This document shows, piece by piece, positions 11,746-23,018 of a stretch of 37,765 nucleotides of DNA. How positions within the stretch are numbered: the stretch's first letter is position 1; each line of letters opens with the position of its first letter. The position numbers and the translations under genes are program-made. The DNA lies in contig NW_021835852.1 in assembly GCF_006345805.1 (NCBI RefSeq), positions 1-37,765 on the forward strand, read 5' to 3'. The notes under the pieces are model-generated. The model saw only the letters and a program-made list of their open reading frames with translations. It searched no databases and was not told the origin of the DNA. The stretch is from Octopus sinensis (lineage: Eukaryota).

Positions 11746-12136
11746 ATACATATACACACGCATACACACATGCGTATATATAGATATTGATAGCAAGTTC
11801 GTTTAGTGCAAAGTGCTTGATAGTCTCCTTGCCTCCTCTTTTGGCTCTGGCTTGTATGCTGTCATTGAGTGTTGTGATCATTTGAAGTGCTAGGGTACTT
11901 AAAAAAAAAGCACTTCAAAGATTTTCCAATTTCGTACCAGTTTTTTAACCACGTCTCATGAGACCCGTTTAGTTTCTGTGACAAGAGGAAGGATCTGAAG
12001 TCAAAAGCACAAAAACCTGGAACCAATATCACAAAGGGTTCTATTCAACATGATAAAACTGGATCCTCCATTCTGATGGGTTTTTACACACACACATACA
12101 CACACACACACACATTTAGATATACAAAGAGTACAA

Positions 12137-12268
12137 AGACATGGTTGTCTGGTTAAGAAGCTCGGATTTAAGTGCATTTTGGGCAAATATCTTCTACTAT
12201 AGCTCTGGAACGACCAATATCTCATGAGTGAATTTAGTAGAAAGAAACAGTGAGAAACCTCCAGTATA
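12137..12268 (+). mobile_element. SINE family B 5' half (outer layer of nest)
   Basis: ttgggcaaatatcttctactatagc..cgaccaa..gagtgaatttagtaga. Confidence 0.7.
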
Positions 12269-12295
12269 CACACACACATACACACTCATATAATT

Positions 12296-12540
12296 TTTTT
12301 ATTCTTTTACTTGTTTCAGTCAATTGACTGCGACCATGTTAGAGCACCGCCGTGGAGAACTTTAGTCGAACAAATCGACTCCAGGAATTATTTCTTAAAC
12401 TTCGAACTTATCATCTCGGTGTTCTTTGCCAAACTTCTAAGTTACGGAGACCTAAAAACACCAACAGTGGTTGTTAAGCGGTGATGTGGGTGTGGGGAAC
12501 AAACACAGAAGCAAAGACAAACACATACAAAAACACACAC
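12296..12540 (-). mobile_element. SINE family B 3' half (second layer of nest)
   Basis: attcttttacttgtttcagtca.ttgactgcg.ccatg...acaaacacag. Confidence 0.8.
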
Positions 12541-12681
12541 ATACACACACATATCTTTATATATATATATATAATTAGGGTTCAGCAACGATTTGCTTCG
12601 CCACACACCGAAGTTTAGAAATAGCAGTCAAAAAATCTTAGCTATTCCCTCTACTTTAAAGGGAGTTCCCAGAAAAACCAA

Positions 12682-12722
<41 letters not shown>

Positions 12723-12723
<1 letters not shown>

Positions 12724-13268
12724 GAGGGTGAGTCAAAAAGTAACGCCATTTTGTTTAGGACAGGTATAATTACCAACACATGAACATGTATCATACATCA
12801 AAATTAAGCTGGTCGTCCCTACTTCTCAACGTAGACGCCGTTTCTCTCAATAGCAATGTTCCACCTTCGAATGAGAGCATGTATCCCTGTCCCGTAAAAT
12901 GCTCTTGACTGTTCTTTGAGCCACTTCTTCACTAACCTCCACACTCATCAGAGATTTAGCGCCTTCAGACTATCATCTCTTCAGTGTCACAAAAGAGGGT
13001 TTGAGAGGCAAACACTATTCCAGTGACGAGGAAGTGAAAACTGTAGTGAAGAAGTGTCTCAAAGAACAGTCAACAGAATTTTACGGGGCAGGGATACATG
13101 CTTTCCTTCGAAGGTGGAACATTGCTATTGAGAGAAATGATGACTATGTTGAGAAGTAGGGATGATATCCACAGAGGACTAGCTTCATTTTGATGTATGA
13201 TACATGTTCCTGCGTTGGTAATTATACCTGTCCTAAACAAAATGGCATTGCTTTTTGATTCACCCTCG
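12723..13268 (+). mobile_element. Mariner-derived fold-back MITE with transposase C-terminal remnant
   Basis: TA on both sides; termini CGAGGGTGA.TCAAAAAG / CTTTTTGATTCACCCTCG; arms about 12723-12934 and 13044-13268; 12953-13159 translates to DLAPSDYHLFSVTKEGLRGKHYSSDEEVKTVVKKCLKEQSTEFYGAGIHAFLRRWNIAIERNDDYVEK*, containing the mariner (YSP)DLAPSD motif. Confidence 0.92.
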
Positions 13269-13309
13269 TATATACATACATATACGACATATACGAGGAT
13301 ATATACATA

Positions 13310-14115
13310 CGAGCAAAACGCCCCTCGTCCAATGGACGGTGCTGAGTTGTCAAACATTTAAACCAAATTTTCTCAAAACAACTTGTCCGACCGTCCCATA
13401 GGCATCGTATTTGAGAAACACTGATTTAACCTAAATTTGAGACACCAGCAAAAGAAGAAATAAAGATAGACTTTTTTCTATTCCAAAGAAAAACAATTTT
13501 ATTCACACAAATATGCAACCGAAGAGTTTAAAGTACCAGTAATGATAAGGCTGTTGACTGGGAGAACACAAAAAGGGTAAATCATTTATTAGCAAGAAAA
13601 TAGTATTTTCTTCCTTGAATAAAAAGCAATCAGTGTTTTCTTTTCTTTAAAATATATTTAAGCATGCCTTTATTTCAATAAAATTTTTGGTTTTGTTAAA
13701 CGAAGGCAAAAAAAAAAAGCTTCTTGAGAAACCAAATAGTCTTTCTTTCCTTGATGCCAAGTTTGAAGAAAATATATTTTTTGCATCTTACTTTTTTGGT
13801 CTCTTAAATATTGTGCATTTTGTGGCATTATTTCAAGCCAGCCGGCTTTTTTTGCGCTAACTGCACGTGCATTTTTCTCACGTACGCGTAGTATCGATCG
13901 CAACAGCTTATGTACTTGCGCGTACAAATGCACTATCCCACGGCTTTATCGATCGCATTCTCACCTTGAATCGATTTTTGTAATTTTTTCAAGACTTATA
14001 CACGTCCTGATACCGTCGGTATCTACATATCAAATTTGAGCGCAATCGGATGGAGGATGCCCGAGATCCTAGAAGACACGCACAGACAGACAGAACAGAT
14101 TTTAAATAATATATA
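13310..14115 (-). mobile_element. Non-autonomous Helitron-like element
   Basis: Minus-strand 5' end TATATATT..(CTGT)n..CCGATTGCGCTCAAATTTG, typical of Helitron derivatives; 3' hairpin CGTCC-att-GGACG (13326-13338) followed by CTCG|T (approximately CTAG). Confidence 0.55.
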
Positions 14116-14203
14116 TGACAGGTTTGTTTCAGTTTCCATCTACCAAATCCACTTACAAGGTTTTGGTCGGCCCGAGGCTATAGTAGAAGACACTTGCCTA
14201 TGG
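14116..14203 (-). mobile_element. SINE family B 5' part (partner of 12296-12540)
   Basis: cagtttccatctaccaaatccact..ggtcggcccgaggctatagtagaagacacttgcc. Confidence 0.8.
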
Positions 14204-14204
14204 T

Positions 14205-14410
14205 TTGTGTGAGTGTGTGCACCTTTGTGTCTGTGTTTGTCGTTCCCTCGCCACCGCTTGGCAACTGGTGTTATTGTGCTGACGTCCGCGTAACTAGCAG
14301 CTCAGCAAAAGAAACCGGTACAATATGTATCGCGCTTAAAAGAGAAAAGTTTTGGAGTTAATTTGTTCGACTAAATTCCCTTCAAGAATGTGTTCCAGCA
14401 TGAACATGAT
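14205..14410 (+). mobile_element. SINE family B 3' half (partner of 12137-12268)
   Basis: gtgtctgtgtttgtc..accgcttggcaactgg..atttgttcgactaa..ttccagcatg. Confidence 0.7.
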
Positions 14411-14481
14411 GCGGCAAAAAAAAAAATCAGCGAGAAAAACTGCCAACAGAATTTTTTGAAACGAAAACTGTCATGGTGTTA

Positions 14482-14707
14482 ATTTCTTTACTACCCATAA
14501 GGGGCTAAACACAGAGAAGACAAACAAGGACAGAAAGACGGATTAAGTCGATTATATCGACCCCAGTGCGTAACTGGTACTTAATGTATCGACCCCGAAA
14601 GGATGAAAGGCGAAGTCGACCTCGGCGGAATTTGAACTCAGAAAGTAACGACAGACGAAATACGGCTACGCATTTCGCCCGGCGTGCTAACGTTTCTGCC
14701 AGCTCGC
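14482..14707 (-). mobile_element. SINE family A monomer
   Basis: Near-consensus reverse complement of 2540-2770. Confidence 0.85.
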
Positions 14708-15136
14708 ATTTGTTCCATCACGAGTCACGCAAACACCTCTTTATCAATCTCATAGTTATTAACGCAATGAACCAGTGGTAGTCCCGTTAGAAACTTGTAA
14801 CTAACGACGCTATAGTTCACTATTTGCAGCAAAGAAAAATAATAAAACAAATAAAAGTGGATTACTATTCTTAATGACCCTTTCACAGAAAAATCTGGTA
14901 TCCATTCCTAATACATTTAGGCCTGTTAGAATTAAAGAATTCCCCCAAGAGACATATCTAGATTTCTACAGCAGATTTGAAATCACGAACCATAAAGTGG
15001 TGCTTACTTCAATATCCTCCCTGCTTACCCATTTTGTTTCTGCCTTTTCATTCCCCACTTCCACCTTTTTTTGGCAGTCACCCTAATCCTTTTCCATTTC
15101 ATCCAGTTCCCTCTTCCCCCTTTCTCACTCTCCCTC

Positions 15137-15197
<61 letters not shown>

Positions 15198-15291
15198 TTT
15201 TCTTTCTTTCTTCCTTTCTTCTTCCTTTCTTTCTTTCTTCCTTTCTTTCGTTCTTTTTTTTGCTGTTATGCTTTATATGAAAGTGTTTGCA

Positions 15292-15356
<65 letters not shown>

Positions 15357-15433
15357 GTCCGTCCATCCGTCCGTCTGTCTGTCTGTCTGTCTGTCTATCG
15401 GTCTGTCTGTCTGTCTGTTGACTTTCGGTCTGT

Positions 15434-15464
<31 letters not shown>

Positions 15465-15485
15465 GCGTGTGTGTGTGTGTGTGTT
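15137..15485. repeat. Compound microsatellite (CTTT)n-(ATCT)n-(CTGT)n-(CT)n-(GT)n
   Basis: Direct inspection. Confidence 0.95.
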
Positions 15486-15508
15486 TATGTATATATATTT
15501 TTTCGTTT

Positions 15509-15617
15509 TCTTTTATTCTTTTACTTGTTTCAGTCATTTGACTGCGGCCACGCTGGAGTTCCGCCTTTAGTCGAGCAAATCGACCCCAGGACTTATTCCT
15601 TTGTAAGCCTAGTACTT
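15509..15617 (-). mobile_element. SINE family B 3' tail
   Basis: cttttacttgtttcagtcatttgactgcggcc...tttgtaagcctagtactt. Confidence 0.85.
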
Positions 15618-16189
15618 GTTCATACATGCGCACAAAAAACGCACAAACTCACTGAAAGAGAAATGAAAGTGAGGGGAAAAATGTAGAGTGTGTGTGTGGT
15701 GTATGTACGTGTGCGTAGGTGCGTGTGTGTGTATATGCGTGTCTGTCTGCATGTGTGTGTGCGTGTGTGTGTGTGAGTGCATGCGTGTGTGTATGTGTGC
15801 GTGTATGCAGGGGCAAATATGGCTGGATGGTTAAAAAGCACGTTTTCCAGCCACGAGGTTTGGTATTCACTGCGTGACAACTTGGGCAAATGTCTTCTAC
15901 TAATGCCTCTGGATGACGCATACCTTGCATGGTAATACAGCAGACGGAAACTGTGCGGAAGCTTGTCGTATGCACAGACACGTGCGCGCACGTGTGTGTA
16001 AGTGTACGTGTGTTTTCGTATCTATATTTGATCTGCCCCACCCCACCATGTGTGTGTGTGTATGTGTGTGTGTACGTGTGCGTGCATGTGCGTGTGTGTG
16101 TGTGTGTGTGTGTGTTGGCATGAAACTCAGCCCGTGAGTCACTCTGTAACTTCGACCGATTGTTAATAAAATACATACATACCTACAGC

Positions 16190-16540
16190 GGAAGGGATAA
16201 AGACCTGCTTCGCTCACGGATGACTATGGGATTGCACCTAGAAAGTTCCCTTCCGGGGCACAAGTCCGAGCAAGGTTTTTTTTTTTTATGGAAAACCAGC
16301 AGTCGCCCATGCATGCCAGCCTCCCCTCTCAACGCCACCGATGTTATCCAAGGGAAAGGCAAAAGCCGATGCAGCTTGGCACCAGTGACGTTGCAATTCG
16401 TTTCTACAGCTCAGTGAACTAAAGCAAAAATGAAATAGTGTCTTGCTCAAGAAAACAACACTCAGACCGGTTCAGAATCGAACTCACAACCACATGACTG
16501 TAAGCCCGACGTTCTAACCACTGAGCCATGTGCCTTCACT
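16190..16540 (-). mobile_element. tRNA-derived SINE family C
   Basis: Minus head GAAGGCACATGGCTCAGTGGTTAGAACG (A box), GAGTTCGATTC (B box), then GTGTTGTTTTCTTGAGCAAGACAC. Confidence 0.75.
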
Positions 16541-16569
16541 TCATACAAACATACATACATACATACATA

Positions 16570-16620
<51 letters not shown>

Positions 16621-16723
16621 GCACACGCACACACTCAGGCACGAGCATACATTTATACGTTCATTTCCTCAAATAGTTATTCTTGTCCTTATTCATGAGT
16701 ATGTTTTGTATGAATGTATGTAT

Positions 16724-18130
16724 GTTGTCCCAGTTTTCAAAAAAGGAAACAAATCTCTTGCCGTGAATTACCGTCCAATCTCACTCACCTCTCATATCAT
16801 CAAGGTATTTGAGAGGGTGCTGAGATCGCGTATGACTCACTTCCTTGAGAGTCATAATATGCTGAACCCCAACCAGCATGGATTCCGTAATGGGAGAGAT
16901 TGCCTGACGCAGCTACTGCATCATTTTGATGACATTTTGAGAGCCTTGGGAGAGGGTTCCAACACTGATGTCATCTACCTTGATTTCAGCAAGGCCTTTG
17001 ACAGGGTTGATCATAAGATCCTTCTGAGAAAGCTGTCCAATATTGGTGTCACTGGAAAGCTGCTGCAATGGATCAAGTGCTTCCTCTCTAACAGAACCCA
17101 ACATGTTGTAGTCGAAGGAGTCAAATCCAGCCCAGCCAAAGTCAGCAGTGGTGTCCCACAAGGCACTGTGTTGGGCCCACTTCTCTTCATCATCTACATA
17201 AATGATATTACTGACACCATCAAACACAGCAACATCAGAACCTTCGCTGATGATTCCAAGCTCCAGAAGGTCATCAATGGCGTGGATGACCGAATAAACC
17301 TTCAGTCAGACCTACTGGCTGTTGTCCAATGGGCGGAAAAGAATAACATGTTGCTAAATGAAGACAAATTCGAACTGATCCACTTTGGAAGGGAGGACGC
17401 TCTGAAACTCCCATACTCTCTTCCTTCTGGAGAAATTCTCATGGCATCCAACAACATCAGAGACCTGGGAGTAACAGTGGACAACAACATAAGCTGGGCT
17501 ACACATATAAGCAGCAAAGTTGACATGGCCCGCAGAATGTGTTCCTGGATTCTCAGAACCTTCCAGTCGAGAGATTCCCACGCTATTATCCTTCTCTTCT
17601 CCACTTTTGCCCGACCCCACCTTGAATACTGCTGTCCACTGTGGTCTCCCTACACAAAACAAAATATTATGAGAATTGAAGCTCCCCAAAGGTCAATCAC
17701 AAAAAAGATAGATGGCATGTCAGACCTTGACTACTGGGGTAGACTAGAGAAGCTGAAATTGTATTCACTCCAACGACGCCGTGAACGCTACATTATCTGT
17801 ATGATGTGGAAAATATTCCATCAGCACTGTCCGAATGATGTTGGCATCACCTTCAAAATGCATCCAAGGCTTGGACCACGTGCCATCCGTCCACAACAAA
17901 AATCTAAATCGCATCACATAACGACAATACGGCACAACTATTTCACCTCAATTGGACCCGCTCTCTTCAACATTACACCAGGACACGTCAAAAAAGAAAC
18001 TGACCACACAAAATTCAAGAAGTCTTTGGACAAATTCCTTCAAACAGTACCGGACAAACCACCCACACCCGGATATGTCTCCGCAAACAATAACTCTCTG
18101 CTCGAATGGGCCTTGGTGCCCAAATCCTGA
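16724..18130 (+). CDS. Non-LTR reverse transcriptase, N-terminally truncated ORF2 with no genuine start codon
   Basis: NYRPISLTS, QHGFR, YLDFSKAFD, SGVPQGTVLGPLLFIIYIND, FADD, DLGV, RPHLEYC and LQRRRER motifs; no stops or frameshifts. The first six residues of the ORF-track entry come from flanking microsatellite. Confidence 0.93.
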   Translation, partial: VVPVFKKGNKSLAVNYRPISLTSHIIKVFERVLRSRMTHFLESHNMLNPNQHGFRNGRDCLTQLLHHFDDILRALGEGSNTDVIYLDFSKAFDRVDHKILLRKLSNIGVTGKLLQWIKCFLSNRTQHVVVEGVKSSPAKVSSGVPQGTVLGPLLFIIYINDITDTIKHSNIRTFADDSKLQKVINGVDDRINLQSDLLAVVQWAEKNNMLLNEDKFELIHFGREDALKLPYSLPSGEILMASNNIRDLGVTVDNNISWATHISSKVDMARRMCSWILRTFQSRDSHAIILLFSTFARPHLEYCCPLWSPYTKQNIMRIEAPQRSITKKIDGMSDLDYWGRLEKLKLYSLQRRRERYIICMMWKIFHQHCPNDVGITFKMHPRLGPRAIRPQQKSKSHHITTIRHNYFTSIGPALFNITPGHVKKETDHTKFKKSLDKFLQTVPDKPPTPGYVSANNNSLLEWALVPKS

Positions 18131-18216
18131 ACTGAAAGACTTCGCCAGGTGGTGCTATTAAGTTAGACATGGCCTGGGCCAATACTGGCCAAAAACCTTT
18201 CTAAGTTATTCTAAGT
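16724..18216 (+). mobile_element. 5'-truncated CR1-group LINE (RT domain, 3' UTR and tail)
   Basis: RT ORF below; 3' UTR stem-loop GGCCA-atac-TGGCC (18177-18190); repeated TTCTAAGT tail; inserted in (TATG)n. Confidence 0.9.
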
Positions 18217-18235
18217 ATGTATGTATGTATGTATG

Positions 18236-18269
<34 letters not shown>

Positions 18270-18279
18270 TGTATGTATG

Positions 18280-18313
<34 letters not shown>

Positions 18314-18343
18314 TGTATGTATGTATATATGTATGTATGTATG

Positions 18344-18377
<34 letters not shown>

Positions 18378-18383
18378 TGTATG

Positions 18384-18417
<34 letters not shown>

Positions 18418-18515
18418 TGTATGTATGTATGTATGTATGTATGTATGTATGTATGTATGTATGTATGTATGGATGGATGGATGGATGGATGGATGCATGC
18501 ATGCATGTTTGTATG
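18214..18515. repeat. (TATG)n then (GGAT)n microsatellite
   Basis: Direct inspection. Confidence 0.98.
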
Positions 18516-19340
18516 TATAATTTTTTTTGTTTTTATAAATTTTTTTTTAGTCTTTTTACCACTTTTCATACACATGCACGCACGCACATTTCCATTAACC
18601 CTCTTCCATCTCTCTCACTTTTATCCTTCCTAGCCCTCCTATTTCTTTCTCTCTCTCTCTCTCTCTCTCTCTTCTTGCCATTTTCACCCTTTACCTCTCT
18701 TAGTCGCAAACACACAAACAACACACACACACATACACACACACATCGGTCTCTCTCTCTCTCCCACCGTCATTCAGCAACCTTACAACCAACTTGCTCA
18801 GTCTTCACTTCCCCTTCCGTTCATGTCTAAATCCCTTCCGGTACTTACAGATTATTCATTGTTAGTGTTCTGCTTTGCTCTTTTTTTTTTATCTTTCCTT
18901 CGTTTCTTTTTTGTTTTTTATTGCTTCGTTATTTATTTTATAATTTTTTTTTGCCAATTTTCTTTTTTTTTTTAATTCCTTTAATTTACAACCTTTTACG
19001 TTTTTAGTTTTACTTTGTTTTCTTTTCCTTTAAATATTTATTTATTTATTAAACATCACCATCATCGACATTGTCGTCGTCGTCATCGTCTTCATCATTC
19101 TCACCACCACCACCACCACCATCATTATTCATCATCATCATTTTCATGCGTTCGGTCCGTTAGGGTCTGTCCCCTTTCGTACCGTCCGTACATGCTGACA
19201 CAAGAACCAACTACAAAAACATGGAAGATCATATCACACGGACTAAGATGCTGAAGATCTGTCTCAACAAATGCAGATGACTTTAATGCCACAGAGTTAG
19301 ACACAAAGACATTTTAGTTTTTCTTTCAAATTCTGAAAAA

Positions 19341-19769
19341 TTATTTTTCAACGCGGCGTAAAGATTGTTGCTGTTTGGTTTTTGTAAAAGTTTTTTGTAG
19401 AACGTATGCATCTGCTGGTTCAATCCTTTTGTAGTAATTCTTCTTTTCTTCAACTATTTCTAATCCAAATTTTTCATAAAACTTTATTGCTCCAACATTG
19501 TTCAGTTGGACATGTAAGAAAACATTATCAAAGTTTCCATCTTCTTCACAGATTTTTAAAACATGATTCAACATCACTGTGCCCATTCCCAGCCGTCCGT
19601 ATAGAAATAAGCAATCTAAAGTCATTATGTACAATCTGTGCTGTGTTGCAGAGTTATCCACTCGGCAAGAAACAGCGCCAACGCCAATGTCATTGAAATA
19701 GGCAAGTTTTGCCAATTCACCCACTTCCAAGACATATTTGTAGAATTTATCATTATATGTTACAGGAAA
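19341..19769 (-). pseudogene. NAA50: Processed, 5'-truncated retrocopy of N-alpha-acetyltransferase 50 (NatE catalytic subunit)
   Basis: FPVTYNDKFY.YVLEVGELAKLAYFND..VGAV.CRVD...RLYIMTL...LHVQ.NN..AI.FY.KFG.EI.E.KKNYYKRIEPADA.VLQK closely follows NAA50. It is intronless, lacks about 26 N-terminal residues and has no upstream ATG. The conserved TLGCLAPYRRLG reads TLDCLFLYGRLG. Confidence 0.88.
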
Positions 19770-20079
19770 AGCAGACTGATCATCTGAGTTGATCAACACC
19801 GAGCTAAAGGAATAAGAGTCAACCAGGAAAAGACGGTTGGCTAGCAGCTCGGCACTTAGAGAGGCAGATCCATGCCATTCAACAAGCGTCGTAGTACGCT
19901 GTACGTACGGCTCGGTTAAATTGCTCGAAGACTGATTTGGTGCGAAACAATAAATAGTCGCACCCAAAATTGAACACAGAGAAAGCTATCTCTGAAAGAG
20001 AGGGAAGAAACGGCGAAAACCTTTGTTGCTTCTATCATCTGTTACCACCTGACACCATGTTTTATTTCAACTATTTCCC

Positions 20080-20760
20080 AGGATATTCTAGAAGTTAACT
20101 CATTATTCCAGAATTTAACACCACTTTCAATCACATTCTTTGTGTTTTGATTAATTTTAAAGCAGTCTAGATATTTATTTGACGATCTACGAGTGGGAAC
20201 CATGCCAAAAGCCTTCTTTTAGTCGATTCGCGCCATAGTCTGTCCAAATTATCTCATTTTGTATCTTCTGCATATCTGGCAGAAGTTGGCCTTTGTTACT
20301 TCTAAATTGCTTTCCGCGGCCTTGTTGTTCTGTAGGTAGAAAGCCATTTTCTTCCAGGTAGTCATAAATCTCTCTCTCGAAAGAATTATTCTGGATACAT
20401 TTGAGAGTATTGGGAGACAAGTGATTGGGTGACAGTTAGTAACATCTATTTCTTAAGTCCTTGTTTTAAGTAATCGTCCAAAGTCCCTGCTTGCATGTCT
20501 CGTTCAATCATTATACTCTTAATCAAAAAACCTCGTACCCCACCTGAGCCAAGTACCTTTCAGTTAGTTCCCTGATCTGTTTCATGAGTAGGGCTCAGAT
20601 AATCCTAGTTTTGTTTTGTCTCTCTACCTTTCTTGTCTCTTTCTATTTGCTTTATCCACTCTGCTTTCTTGTTGCGAACTATCTGCTTACTCCATATATC
20701 ACTCAAAAATTTTATGCTTTTCACTGCATCTGAAGTTGCATAATTTCCCTTCTCTATTCC
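20080..20760 (-). mobile_element. Decayed R4/Dong-like (RLE-type) non-LTR RT fragment
   Basis: Frameshifted pieces FLSDIWSKQIVRNKKAEWIKQIE, TNCHPITCLP (approximately NYRPITCLP) and IYDYLEENGFLPTEQQG..K.QLL. Confidence 0.7.
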
Positions 20761-21527
20761 TTTCAGCAGAAAGAAAGAAGAAAGAAAAAATAACTGAAGA
20801 TACAGCACAAAATAAGAGAAGCAAAATGTATGAGGAGGAGCTCTTCTCCTCTCACCGCGACACGAAGTTCACGCTTCTTCGCAAAACAAACGAAAATTGA
20901 CAGAACTAATAAATGAGCGAAAAGAAGTCGAAAATAGGAACAATTGATTGATGGTAATAGGTTCCGATTTTGTGGTGCAACTAGGTGATTAACTGCTAGT
21001 GAAAACCCTTACATTATAAGAGGGAAAGCGTGTTGCACTATATAAGTTTTTTCATCGAAAACTGAATCTTTGGAGAAAGTACAAGCCCAGAAAAACAAGG
21101 CACACCTTCCCAAAATTTGATCCCACTATATTTAAGCCGGAGAAACACGAAAGTCTCCATCAAGTACATCAGTTAAGTAGTCAACCTCTGGTTAGTGGTT
21201 GTTTTCGTAGCGCGGTACAGGCTGGTGGTCAGTATCGATGTAACATTCGATGATACATAGTAGGGTGGGGGGCTACCAGGGACATACAAGTCTTCATGAC
21301 ATGTACGTTCACAAAACAATCCCAGAGTTGTGTTCTATTGTATGTACCGTAAGGGAAGCTTAAGACAATATCCAGTGAACAAAAAAGCCCGTCTGCAACA
21401 CGTACCAGAAGTAATTTTTTAAGTTTGCCGACAAGAAAGTTTGTGTACTGTAAGAATAAAAATTATACATAACAATAAAATAACAATAAAATTATAAAAC
21501 ACATAAACACATAACAATAAAATTATA

Positions 21528-21863
21528 ATACTGCTGTACCTCGAGAGGTTCATTATGGCAATAGTAAGCATACACACTGGTTCGATTTCGCTTCTTTATT
21601 ATTCGTCAACTAAACATTTTAATCAACTATTAAATCGGTTTTTTGAGCAAGCATTTGGTTAATCAATCAATCATTGAAGATATTGCGAATGGCGACGAAA
21701 GGTAATTGATAAGCATAACTGATTGATTGATTAACTATTTAATGATAAATTAAACAATTGATAAATTTGTAAAATAGCTAACTGACGAATAATCAAGGCA
21801 TGAAATTGAGCCAGTATGTGTGCCTACTATTGGCGTAATGACTCTTTCACGATACAACAAAAT
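21528..21863. mobile_element. Imperfect ~335-bp palindrome, old MITE/fold-back element
   Basis: tcattatggcaatagtaagcatacacactgg..ttattcgtca pairs with tgacgaataa..ccagtatgtgtgcctactattggcgtaatga; inner gttaatcaatcaatca/tgattgattgattaac. Confidence 0.75.
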
Positions 21864-21945
21864 ATGTTTCAAGATACGAGTTCACATCAACAATCTTGCA
21901 AACCAAGCACATAACCGAAATAGGAAGTTAGTTTTAGATATTCAT

Positions 21946-22157
21946 TTACTCTTTTACTCTTTTATTCTTTTACTTGTTTCGGTCATTTGACTGCGGCCAT
22001 GCTGGAGCACCGCCTTTAGTCGAGCAAATGACCCCATGACTATTCTTTGTAAGCCTAATAATTATTCTATCGCCGAACCGCTAAGTTACGGAGGCGTGAA
22101 CACACCAGTATCGGTTGTCAAGCGATGTTGGGGAGACAAACACGGACACACAAACAT

Positions 22158-22190
<33 letters not shown>

Positions 22191-22331
22191 CATAAGTACG
22201 ATGGGCTTCTTCCAGTTTCCGTCTACCAAATCCACTCACAATGCTTTGATCGGCCCAAGGCTATAGTAGAAGACACTTGCTCAAGGTGCCACGCAGTGGG
22301 ACTGAACCCGGAGCCATGTGGTTGGTAAACC
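21946..22331 (-). mobile_element. SINE family B, near full length
   Basis: Reverse complement of 33709-34106 including the (ctctttta)n tail. Confidence 0.9.
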
Positions 22332-22404
22332 ATGGTGAAGAAAGTACAATTGTAAGGAAACGAGCTTTATTTTGTGTTAGCATTAATAAATGGGGAATTT
22401 TAAT

Positions 22405-22618
22405 AATTCTTTTTAATATAGGTACCAAGCCTGAAATTTGGGGAATGGGAGTAGTCAATTTCATCGGTCCCAACGCTCAACTGGTACTTATTTTACCGAT
22501 CCCGAAAAGATGACAAACAAAGTCGACCTCGGCGGCACTTAAAACCAGAATTTAAAGACGAAAGAAATGCTGCTAAGCATTTTACTCGGCGCAGTACCGA
22601 TTTTGCCAGATCGCCGCC
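22405..22618 (-). mobile_element. SINE family A variant
   Basis: ctggtacttatttt..aaagtcgacctcggcgg..tcgccgcc. Confidence 0.75.
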
Positions 22619-22915
22619 TTAACGAGATTGGGTGGCTGTGGCCTGTTTCTTTTTTTTTTTTCTTTTAGTTTGCAAATCGCTGGTTTAAGTCAGAGGAGAA
22701 AGGATAATATTTATGACCCTCTTCAAGGAAACTAATCATCCAATAAACCAAAGATAGGGTTTCAATGCTTTCATCTGAGTGGACTTCGTTAAAAACTAAA
22801 GGGCAAGCGACGGATTAAAAGATTTAAAGGAAATAATTTTGTTTCTTGTTATATTTCTATCGTTGAATTGGCAATACACTTCAACAAGCATTTCTTTGGT
22901 TGTTAATTGGATGAG

Positions 22916-23018
<103 letters not shown>

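Noticed and set aside
16480-16540. tRNA-like sequences here and at 26990-27059 and 33709-33775
   Set aside because: These are SINE heads with A/B boxes and no complete cloverleaf.
16913-17689. Antisense ORFs over the LINE
   Set aside because: Shadow frames of the RT ORF.
18843-18848. Minus-strand GTAAGT donor, and a minus-strand acceptor at 951-965, as host-gene exons
   Set aside because: Isolated splice-like motifs with no supportable exon or coding frame.
19341-19967. 208-aa ORF as a functional NAA50 gene
   Set aside because: It starts at TTG, the first ~65 residues are unrelated to NAA50, there is no upstream ATG and conserved motif residues are substituted.
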